Source of the DNA: Cyanophora paradoxa CCMP329
Lineage: Eukaryota > Plantae > Glaucophyta
Direction: 5' to 3'
Length of the DNA stretch: 64,000 nt
NCBI GenBank assembly: GCA_004431415.1
Contig: QPMI01000432.1
Location: 310,001-374,000, forward strand
Shown: in pieces, positions 1 to 11,802 of the stretch
Position numbering within the stretch: position 1 is the first letter of the stretch
How the letters are laid out: each line of letters opens with the position of its first letter
Notes under the pieces: generated by a model
Told to the model about the DNA's origin: nothing
Database searches by the model: none
Seen by the model: the letters and a program-made list of their open reading frames with translations, nothing else
Translations under genes and position numbers: made by a program

Positions 1-495
1 GCCTGCAGGCTCCCCCGCCATCCTCTTCTCCCCCCCGTGCGCCCGCCCCGCCCTTCCAAAGCGCTCCAAAATCTGAGCGCCCCGCAGGAGCGCCGAGCGC
101 CCGGACCCCGACTACGAGAGCGAAGACGCGCAGCCACCGCCGCCGCCGCCGCCGCCGCCTCCGCCACCAAGGCCGCAGCAGCAGCCGCAGCGAGAACCGC
201 CGCCGCCGCCGCTTCCTCCGCCACAGCCTCAGCCGCCGCGCCCGCGCCGGCGGCGGGCCCGGCGAGCGCCCCGGAGGCCGCCGCGGAGGGGGAGGCGCCC
301 GGCCGGGGCTCGCTGGAGAGGCGGAGCCGGCAGCGGATGCACCGGATGAAGGCCCGGTCGGGGTCCCGGGGCGAGGAACCGGAGGGCGGGAGCAGCGTCG
401 GGAGCCCCGCGCGGGACGACGCCGGTACCCCCGTCCGCTCCGTCCACCCCCTCGGCGCCCCCGCAGCCAAGTACATCTACCAGCACGCCCCCTAG
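1..495 (+). CDS. 3' end of a hypothetical Ala/Pro-rich low-complexity protein (5' part outside window)
   Basis: Open frame to TAG at 493-495, followed by an AT-richer stretch shared with the convergent NAA10 3' end. No recognisable domain. Confidence 0.35.
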   Translation, partial: ACRLPRHPLLPPVRPPRPSKALQNLSAPQERRAPGPRLRERRRAATAAAAAAASATKAAAAAAARTAAAAASSATASAAAPAPAAGPASAPEAAAEGEAPGRGSLERRSRQRMHRMKARSGSRGEEPEGGSSVGSPARDDAGTPVRSVHPLGAPAAKYIYQHAP

Positions 496-615
496 CCTAG
501 CTTGAGTTGGCTTATGATTCGCCGTTCCCTGCACCCATCCCGCCCCCGCCCCGTCGTTATTCTGCATCCTATTCTATTCTAAATATCAGTAACGAGAACA
601 GAGGACAGCGCGGCG

Positions 616-1755
616 CTACGATTTGCCGCCCTTCCCGCCGCCGGCCCCTTTCCCGCCTCCGGATGCCGATACGGCCGCCCCCGCCATCGCCTCCGTAGCG
701 CCAGCAACGTCCGCCCCGCCGTGCCCTCCCGCCCCGCCCTTGCCCTTCCGCTTCCCTCCGCCCGCCGCCGCCGCCGCCGGTGGCGCCGCCGCCGCCCCGG
801 CTCCCGCCGCCGCCGCCTCCTCCTTCTTGGCCTCCTCCTTCTTGGGGCCGTCCTTGGCCGCCTCGCCCTCCTTCTTCTCATCCCTGGACTTCTTCTCCTT
901 GAGGGGCTTCCGCATGTCGTACGCGTCCTCGCTGTCCGCGTAGTACTTCGCCTCGATGTCGTGGATCCTGCCGGCGCGCGCGGCGGGGCGAGGCTCGAGG
1001 CTCGGCGGGGCGGGGCGGGGCGGGGCGGGGAGCGCGCGCGGGGCGCACTTGTAGCCGAGCGTCTCCGTGTAGAGGTGGAACGCGGCCCGGTTGCTCTTGC
1101 GCACGTGGAGCGAGACGTACTCGGCGTTGAACGTGTCGACCATCGCCCGGTCTGCCGGCCGCGCGCCGCCCCGTCGGGGGCGAGCTAAGCGATGCGGGAG
1201 CGGGGAATGCGCACGCGCGGCGTTCATGAGCTTCGTGGCGAGGCCCAGCTTGCGGTGCGAGCGCAGCACGGCGAGGGACGTGATGTGGCCGTGCGGCTCG
1301 CCCTCCTCCTCCCTGCGCCGCCCGCGGCGTCGGCCTGCGCCTAGAGAGCCGCCAGCGCGAGCGGCGGGGCGCACATCTTCGCCAGCACGTAGCCCACGAT
1401 CTTCCCATTGTGATCCTCGGCGACGTAAAGGAGCTGCGGCCAGGAAAGGATGTGGTAGAAGTAGTACTTCATCTGATAGTTCTCAGGCAAGCAGAAGAGG
1501 TTGCATGTTTGCATCGCCAGCAGGTCCTCGACCTGCGATGAGCGCGTAAGACGACTCGCGGCGCGAGCCGGTCGGACGGCGGCCAGCGCGACATCTCGCC
1601 CCGCATGCGTCCGTCGCGCTCACCGTCGCTGGCCTGCGGGCGGAGGCGCGTTAGTTCGGGAGCGGGCACGGCGGCGGCCGAGCATCGCCGTGCGACGGAG
1701 AGAACAGACTCCGGAAAACAGAACGAGGCTCGAATGCGCACCGGATGTTCACCAT
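616..1755 (-). CDS. NAA10: N-alpha-acetyltransferase 10 (NatA catalytic subunit, ARD1), multi-exon
   Basis: Spliced translation [48 protein letters not shown]...[36 protein letters not shown]...[16 protein letters not shown]...[17 protein letters not shown] matches ARD1/NAA10 family motifs. Includes a 10-nt exon at 1624-1633. Confidence 0.96.
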
Positions 1756-2014
1756 CTTGTCGCGCGCTGTGCTTCGAGATTTGCCGGTACCCCTCCAAAA
1801 GCGCCTGTCGCCTGAGCAGCAACCAGCGCGAGCGGAGCTGAACGAAACCGTCGGCGCGATAGCAAGCGATCGAAAGCCGTGAGCTGTTCGGCGTAGTCAA
1901 GAGCCCGGCACCGCCTTTGACGGGAACCAAAGCGCGGTCAATCTGCGTGAACCCCATCGATTCCGCGAAGAGCGTGCACGATCGGACAACGGCCACTGGC
2001 CGCCACCGGCGGCT

Positions 2015-3897
<1,883 letters not shown>

Positions 3898-4284
3898 CCA
3901 ACGATCCCGAACAGCCCTCTCTGCAAATGCAAATATCGCAATCCCTTGTCGAGCCCATGCCGCATCGTTAGACGGTACCACTCATGGTCGACTCTCAATA
4001 CTGTACAACAGCTAAACTGACGCTAGAACGGCGAGGATCAAACAAAAACGGAGCATGCGCAAAAAGGTCGGGAGCGCTGTCCAGCGACGCATGCGCAGAA
4101 GCTGCCCGCGCCAAGCGATCGCGCCGGTCACAAAAAGCGCCGCCAGCGCCTGCGCCGTGTTCCAATCGCTAGCAATACGCGGCGCGCTGCCGGCCCTGCT
4201 TGCGCGGAGTTAGGTATTGCGTCCAACGAGCGAAGTCGGGTCAACGCACGAGGCAAGCGGGGGCGTTGACAAACGGCGCGGCGG

Positions 4285-4611
4285 TCACTTCTCGATCTTG
4301 TCCTTCGGCATCACGGTGCAGCCGCGGCCGCACGTCCGCTTGCACATTGGCAGATTCATCTCGGTGCAGAGGAGCTTGCAGGCGTCCGAGCACGCCTTCT
4401 CGGGGTCTGGATCGCACGCGTAGAAGCACTTCTTATCGGAGTTCTCGTCGGAGTGGAGGATGATCAGCTGGGGGACCAGCCGAGTCAAGAAGAGAGAGCG
4501 CGGCGGCTCGAAGCACACGCCGACGCAGGCTTGCTTCTTCGCGGGCGCGCCGGAACGCTTGCCCTCGTCTTTGCCGCCGGGCTGCAGCTGGCGAGCTGCT
4601 TTGTTGCCCAT
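4285..4611 (-). CDS. Small Cys-rich hypothetical protein with N-terminal MG (possible myristoylation); 3' end uncertain
   Basis: MGNKAARQ... start, then CFYACDPDPEKACSDACKLLCTEMNLPMCKRTCGRGC; probable intron ending CCCCCAG near 4470; head-to-head with the next gene. Confidence 0.45.
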   Translation of the reverse strand: MGNKAARQLQPGGKDEGKRSGAPAKKQACVGVCFEPPRSLFLTRLVPQLIILHSDENSDKKCFYACDPDPEKACSDACKLLCTEMNLPMCKRTCGRGCTVMPKDKIEK

Positions 4612-4783
4612 CTGTTGCCGGGCTGATTTCGGCGCGAGGGCGCGGGACGCCCCCGAAGCGACTGCGATCCTAGCTGCTAGCTCCTACGAAGCCGCCGACG
4701 CGATGCCGCCGCCGCCCGCTAAGCGATCGCAGACGAGGTTGTTTTTTTCTGGCGGGGTAGCGGGAGTTCAGAAGCTGGTCGCC

Positions 4784-6875
4784 ATGAGCAGCATCAATGG
4801 TCGCGTTCCCGCACCCAGTGAGATGCGTAGCTTCTTTCGGAGCTGACGCGACGCGTGTGCAGGCGGCTACCTTGACATCTATCCTGCTGGCTGGGGCCTC
4901 CTGAAGGAGCGGTGCGACCTGCATGATGCGCACGACGCCGATCGCAGCTACAGCTCTCGCTCGCAGGCCGCCGTCCCCAAGTTCCCGCGGCAGTCAATCG
5001 AATGAGCCCGGATTCGTCTATCTCTCGGAAAGGTTGATTCGCGACCACAGTCTCAGGGCTGGCGACTTCGTCGAGGGTGCCTTCGCAGCTGCGCCACGCC
5101 CTGCATCGTCCGCTGAGCGTCCAGCGCAGGTCCCGTCGAGGCACCGCGTGCGCAAGGGTCCAAGCGCTCGCGGCCAGAGGTGGGCTGCGCCTCCCGTCAG
5201 GCGGCCCGCCGCCCCCGCCCGCTTCGCTAAGCACCCTGGGCGCCCCTCCCTGGCAGATGGTCTCGATCATCCGCGTGAACGCGAGGCCAGTGGACGAGAA
5301 GGGCGACAGGGATCGCGACCGGGACCGCGGCGACAGAGACCGCTCACCGAGGCGGCCGCGCACGCCGCCGCGGCCGTCGGAGCGGGCGGCCGCCGTGCCG
5401 GTTCCCGTCATGCCGGCGATGCCCTACGTGCCGACCGCCTCGGGCGTGATTCGCCTCGGCGGCCGCGCGACGCATTCGATCCTTGACGTGAGCGCTATCC
5501 CCTAAGCCTAGCTCTTCCACCCGCTCGGCCTGTCTGACTCGCCAGCCGTCCGGCAGCAACGCATGAACGGCGGACCGGGTGCGACGCCGGCTGCCCAGCC
5601 GCCGCCGCGGCTCCGCGCGAGCTGAAGCGGGCGCAGATCTGTACGTACCCCCGCAGCTGGTCGAGCGGTACAGGCTCCGGGACCGCGATGACGTGAAGGG
5701 CGCCATGGGGCCCTCCGTACCCCCATTCAAGGCCCGCCCGCCCGCCCCCGGCCGCCCCGCACGCGCCTCTGCTGATCTCTCCCTCAGATGCCGTCCCTGC
5801 TCGATGTCTTCGAGGTGAACGGGCGCCCAGTGCAGCCGGCGGCCGTCGCCGCCGCCGCCGCCCTGCCCCTCATGTACCCGCTCGCCGCCGCCGTACCCCT
5901 CATGGCGGCCGCCGCTGCGGGGATCCCCGCGATGCCGATGGGCCGGGGCCGCTCGCCCCCGCCCCCGAGGAACCGGTCCCCACCGCGGCCGCGCTCCCGC
6001 TCCCGCTCCCGCTCCAACTCGGTGGACCCCCCGAACCGGGTCATGCCCCCCGCCAAAGTCGACCCGCCTGTCCGCCTCGACTGCGGCCGCCTGCGCCTGC
6101 CCGACGCCTCCGGACCGGCGCGCCCGCCCCGCCCCGCCCCGCCCCGGCGCCAGCTGAGCGGGGCGCGCGCAGGGGCGGCTGGAGGGGACGTGCGGGCGGA
6201 ACGAGGTGACCGTGCCGGCGGAGCTGGTGAAGGAGTTCCGCCTGCGGGATGGCGACTTCGTGGAGGGTCCGTACCCCTCGGCCCGCCGTCCTCCTCGCAA
6301 GGTAGCCGGCCGGCTGACGAGGCGCCAGGGACGTGCGTGGGCCACGGGGACGACTCGAACGTGCTGGTGGAGGTCTACTCGATCAACTGCGGCAAGCGCC
6401 GCGCCGCGCGGGACAAGGAGCGGGCGGCCCTCGTCCGCGCCGGATTCGACCCCGACGCCCGCCCCGAGGCGAGCATCGCATTCTTCCGTACCCCCGCGCA
6501 GGCCAGCGCGCGCTGATGCCCCCTCGGCAGGCATCGGCGGCGGCGCGGGAGAAGGAGAAGGAGCGCGAGGGGCGGCGGGAGCGGCGCTCGGAGGGCCGGG
6601 ACGCCGGGGCGGGCAAGGAGGAGAAGAAGAAGTCGGAATCGGAGAAGGGGGAGGGGGAGGCGAAGGAGGCGCCGGCGCACTCGTCGGGGGTCAAGTCGGT
6701 GGTCGTCGTCGTCTCGAAGGAGGCGGAGGGGGAGGCCCCCGCGCAGGGCGCGCGCCGCCCCGCCACGCCGCCCCGCGACCGGCCCCGCACCCCGCCGCGG
6801 CCCGCCCGGCCCCGCACGCCCCCGCGGCCTTCCTCGGCCGCCGACGGGCCCGACTCGAAGCGCCAGCGCAGCTAG
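4784..6875 (+). CDS. Protein with three tandem Rho-factor-like RNA-binding OB domains and RS/RP-rich linkers, multi-exon
   Basis: Spliced repeats GYLDIYPAGWGLLK...FVYLSERLIRDHSLRAGDFVEG...MVSIIRVNARP; GVIRLGG...GGPDLYVPPQLVERYRLRDRDDVKG...LLDVFEVNGRP; EVTVPAELVKEFRLRDGDFVEG...VLVEVYSINCG align by eye to the Rho RNA-binding domain (GVLEILxDGFGFLR...[25 protein letters not shown]...LLKVNEVN). Confidence 0.75.
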
Positions 6876-7311
6876 CCAGGACGCTGTACATGCCGTGTGC
6901 CGCGATATGGCGACTCGACGTCGAGTCGGCGATAAGCGGGAATGGGCGAAATGCGAAAATCGAATGGGGCTGAAGAGGGGTTACGGGAGGGAAGGCCCCG
7001 GAAGGGGTAGCGGGGGGTACACTGGGGTGGCCGGGGTACGGGCGGGACAGAGCAAAGGGGGCCTCGAAGCCTAGGGAGGTGGCGGCGAGACCGGCGCCGA
7101 GTCAGTGACAAAGCTACAGCTGCCACCAGCGCTGCAGCATGTCACTCGCAAGCCTGGCGCGCGTCGTGCACGTGTTGCCCTCCTGCACGACGCCGCAAGC
7201 GAATCATACGCAAGCCGCCGTGATGTCCACGGTGCTGCCAAGCCGGCGCGCGAGAGCTGAAGTTAGCGGTTAGGCGAGTGCGGCGGCGTGCCGCGTCTCA
7301 GAGCCGCGCCA

Positions 7312-9120
7312 ATGGATTTCCGCTTCGGACGCCGCCACGCCGTGCCGATCGAGTCGCGCGGAGCGGCCGGCGGCGTCGCGCCCCTCGGCCTGCTCGAGAG
7401 GTGCGCTGGCCAGCGGCCGCTGCGCGCGTTGTTCGCCCCTCCGACGCGTACGCTGCGGCAGGTGGTACGCAGCGCAGCCGGAGCCGAGGATCTTCTGCAC
7501 CGCAGCGGAGTTGGACGAGCCGCTGGACCTCACGCGCGAGAGGCTCGTCGCCGCGATGCGCGACGTGGCCTCGCGGCACGCGCTCCTGCGGGCGAGCCTG
7601 CTGGTCGGGCCGGAAGAGGAGGCCCCGCGGCCGAGCTGCGCGGCGTACGCGTGCTTCGGGCCGCGGGGCGGGGATCCGGCGCCTCGCTTCCTCGTGCGCT
7701 CCGTGGAAGAGTTCGGGCGCCTGGAAGCGGAGCTGCCCGTGCGGGTCGAGGCGGCGGGGCGCGCCTGGCCCGAGGCCTTCGCCCAGCTCGCCAACGCCGC
7801 TTTTCGCGACGCCGGGAGCGCCGCCGCCCAGCGCGAGCTGCTCTGGAAGCTCCTCTACCTTCCCCCGGCCCCCGCTTCCCCCGATGCCTCGCGGGACCCC
7901 GGCCGCGGCCGCGGCGGCTCCCTCCTGCTCGTCTTCCACCACGTGATCGGCGACGGTGCGCCGCCCCGAGCGCTTGCTCGCCCTGCCTTGCACTGCCTGC
8001 CTCCTAGGCCTGCTCATGGGCGGCATGCGCAGGCCTCTCTGCCGCCTCGGTGACGCTCGAGCTCCTGGAGGCGCTGGCTCGCCCCGCCCCCGCCCCCGCC
8101 CCCGCGCCGCCGCTCGACCCGCTCGAGAACAAGGTGCGCCCCGTCTAGATCTCTCGGCCGCGCCGGGCGCGGCGCCGATGCCCTAAACGTACCGTACCCG
8201 ACCCGCAGCTGGACGTGCGGGCTCAGCTGGGGGACATCGTTCGGGCCTTCTTCCTAAGCGATCGCAAGGAGGCGGGGTACCTGGGGCCCCCGGAGCCGCC
8301 CGTACCCGTCCCGCGCCGGCCCGTGCACGTGCCCGGCCGCCCGGGGGCCGCCCTCCCCGCCCTCGCCACCCCGGCGCCGCTCGTGCTGGAGCGGCCCTCG
8401 GAGCCGCTGGCACGGCGCTGCCGGGAGGCCGGCGTGAGCGTCGGCGCGGCGCTCTCGGCCGCCGGCCTCTTCGCTCTGGCGGCGGTCGCGGAGGAAGGGG
8501 ACCGGCCCCTCCCCGCCTCCCTCACGACGCCCGTCTCGCTGCGGGGCCGCGCCGGCGTCCCGCCCGGCGCCGTCGGGAACTACATCTGCGGGGCGGCCAC
8601 GCGGCACGCGGTCGCCCCGGGCACGCGCTTCGCGGGGCTGGCGGCGGGCGTCCGGAGGGAGATCGAGGCCGACGCGCCGCGGGCGGCGCGCGAGATCGGC
8701 CTCGTGGGGATCGCCGGCGGACGGCTCCCCCGGCTCGTGCTGGAGCGCTGCGAGGCGGCCGGCCCCAGCATGCGCACCTCGAGCCTAGAGGTCTCCAACC
8801 TGGGGGCCCTCCCCGCCCCCGCCCTCCCCTGCGCCCTCCGCTTCGCCCAGGGGGTACACTACCACGGGCCCCTGTTCGCTCTCTCGGCCGTGACCGCTGC
8901 CGGGCGCCTCTCGGTCACCATTGCGTGGCCCGAGCCCGTGCTGGAGGCCGCCACGGGGCGGCGCTTCGCGGCCGCCTTCGACCTCGCCCTGGATACCTTC
9001 CTCGCGGCGCCGGCCCCGGCGGGTCCGGCCCTGGCCCCGGCCCCAGGCGACTTCTCTTTCGCCGAGTTCCTTCTCCTCTGGCGCCGGACGCCCGGCGAGA
9101 TCGCCCGCAGGTGCCAGTGA
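7312..9120 (+). CDS. CoA-dependent acyltransferase of the condensation-domain / alcohol acetyltransferase (PapA5/AATase-like) fold
   Basis: N-terminal PLGLLER, RHALLRA and LLLVFHHVIGDG (HHxxxDG catalytic motif); C-terminal PVSLR...VGNY and VSNLG; long terminal exon. Confidence 0.7.
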
Positions 9121-9463
9121 CCAGGCCCCGAGTGCCAGACCTGTGTCGATCGCGAGTTGAACATTTAAATTTGTGTGAATGACAATCCCCTACTCGGCGC
9201 CACTGCAGGGTCCTATCTATGCGGCGTAGGGGCTGCGAGGTGCCGCCCGGGATCCGGATCCCGGACCGCGGCCGCGGCGCGGCGCGCGCAGCGCAAGCGC
9301 TGGCGCGCGCACTGAAGTCTGAGCAAGCCTCCAGGCTCAAGCCTCAAGCCGTCAAGCCGGAGCATCGTTGCGAAGTGGCCCGCCCTACGAGCCAAATCTG
9401 TGCAGGACACTCGAGCAAGCAGCTTCGACGCCGAGCGGCCCCGCGCTATAGCTTAGCGCAAGT

Positions 9464-10864
9464 ATGACGGGCCCGGGCTCGACGGCCGCGAGCATGACCC
9501 GCGCGCCGGGCGCCACGCTCCAGCAGAGCGCAGCGCACCCATCAGGCTTCTGGAGCAGCAGGCCGGCATATAGGAACACCAGCAACGTTTTCAGCGACCC
9601 GCTACGCCTGCCGGACGAGTACGAGCCGGGTGAGCGCCGAGACCGCTGCCCCGACCGCCTCCGACTCGCCTCCGGGCCGCTCTGCGTGCCGCGTGCCGTC
9701 CTCTTCGCCCTGCCGCTGAGCGCTGGCGCTCGGCCTGCGCAGGCCCCGGCGCGTACGACATCAAGGGCGAGTTCAAGCCGCGCCCGACCAAGAAGAAGAA
9801 CAGGGAAGAGTACTTCAGGGCAACGACCTTTGGCGGGGGCGACCGCTTCGATGGGCGCACCTCGACGGGCTGCTACCTCGACGCCACGACCTCCGCCGTG
9901 CCGGGCCCCGGCGCCTACCGCTCCAACATCAACCCGGAGGCGAGCCTCGGAGGGCGCTGTTGGCCGCGCAGCCCGCGGCGGCGGCTTCTGACGCCGCCGC
10001 GCAGGATAAGGCGCCGCACAGGCCCCTGCACACCCTGCCGCACAGCACCCTCTCCCGCTCCAAGACCTATGAGGTCCCGCCCTACCCTCCCGCTCTGCCT
10101 CCCCTCCCCTGCCTTCCCCGCCCTGCCTGACGCCCTCGCCCCCGCCCGCAGCCGCTGGACGAGAGCTGGAAGGGCGCGACGTACTCGCGGCCGACGCTGG
10201 ACGCGATGTACCCCGACCACGTCTTCGAGCAGAAGGAGGTCGCCGTGGCGCGCGAGGCCGTCAAGGTGACGTCACCGGCCCGATCCGAAGACAGATAGCT
10301 GGCTGGCTTAGCTGAAACGTCACAGGCGCTGGACGTCTTCGACAAGATCCTGACGGCCAAGCAGGAGCGCCAGCGCCGCTTCGCCGCCCTCAAGGCGCGC
10401 CCGCCCCCCTCGGCTTCCGCCCCGCCCGCGGCTTACGCGCGCGCAGCTGGACGAGCCGCTGCGGCCGCCGACGCCCCCGCCCCCGCCCCGTGCGCCCTGC
10501 CCTGCCCCGCCCCGCCGCCGCCTCGCACTCGAAAGGGAAAGTGACCAGCCTCTCCGCGGCGCAGCGCCCCCGGAGCCGATCGACGAGCAGTGCCGTGCGC
10601 CCCCGCCGCCCCCGCCCCCGCCCGCCCACTCGCCTTCTCCTTAGCCCCCGGGCAGCGCCGGAGGATGCGGAGCGGGCCAAGCTGGACGGCCTCCGCGCCA
10701 AGCTGGACGTTGGCTTTTGCACGCGGCTGCTGGCCGAGCTCAACCGCGTGAACCCCGCCCTCGGGCCCCCGCCCGCCCTCTTCGACCTCCTCCTCACCCT
10801 CCACCTCTTCCTCCCGCCCCCGCCCGCCCCCGCCACCCCCGCCGCCGCCGCCCCGCAGCCGGGC

Positions 10865-10896
<32 letters not shown>

Positions 10897-11560
10897 CGCC
10901 CGGGCTCGTCCAGCGCCACCGGCGCCCGCCGCGCCTCCGCCGCCTCCGTGCCCCCGCCTCCCCGGGCCCGCAGGGCCCCGTCCCCGCCTCCCCCGGCCCG
11001 CCGGGCGCCGCGGCCGCAGGAGCGGCAGCGGGAGCGGGGCGGCCGGCGCGGGGGAGCCGCCCGCGGCCGGGCCGCCGCCGCTGCCGGAGTGGGGCGCGCT
11101 GAAGGCCCTCGTGGCCCCGACGGCGCTGCCGCCGGCGCTCGCGGCGTACGACGCGTGGGGCCCGCAGCCGCCGGCGCGGCGCCTGCGCCTGCAGGCCCAG
11201 CTCGGCTCGCTGCCGCGCGAGGAGGTGGAGCGCGCGAGCAAGGCGGCCGTGGCCCTCTACGACTGGCTCGCGGCCGCCCTCGAGGTCCGGCGGCGCGCCG
11301 CGCAGGCGACGCAGCAGCCCGAGCGGGCCGTCCTGGAGGAGCCGGCCCCGCTGTCCCTGCGCGCCCCGCCGGCGAGCCCGGGGAGCCCCGGGCCGGGGCC
11401 GGGAGCCCCGGGCCTGCCGGCGGGCCCGGGGCCCGCAGGGAGAGCGCCGCCCCGCCGGCGCCGGCCCCCCCCGCAGCACCCAAGCCGTAGCCCGCGTCTC
11501 AAAGAAGAATCATGCTCACTTTTTCATACTTACTGTCTCGGGGCTCAGCGGCTGCCATGA
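9464..11560 (+). CDS. SHIPPO/PGPGAY-repeat ciliary-type protein with a C-terminal helical domain, multi-exon; exact stop uncertain (11490 or 11560)
   Basis: EP|GPGAYDIK and VPGPGAYRS (sperm-tail PG-rich repeat motif); C-terminal EVERASKAAVALYDWLAAAL. Confidence 0.55.
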
Positions 11561-11802
11561 CCTACGCACTACCAGGCCACTATGCCTGGAAAACGGGTCG
11601 AGGGCACTAGGATAGGCATCGGGAAAATCAAAGTCACACAAGTTCATCGGTTTGAAAGAACGAATACTTACTGTTACGCGATCGGGGATGCATATGTGTG
11701 TACCATAACCTACATCCTACTAGGCCTAGAAAAGTTGAGGGTCGAGGGCACTAGTCACAAGCTTGAAAGGGGTGCTCGGGCGAGCGGCCCGGCCGGCCGC
11801 TG

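Noticed and set aside
4784-6875. Calling this gene a true transcription terminator Rho or bacterial contamination
   Set aside because: It has no RecA-type ATPase or Walker motifs, and it contains host-style introns and RS-rich linkers.
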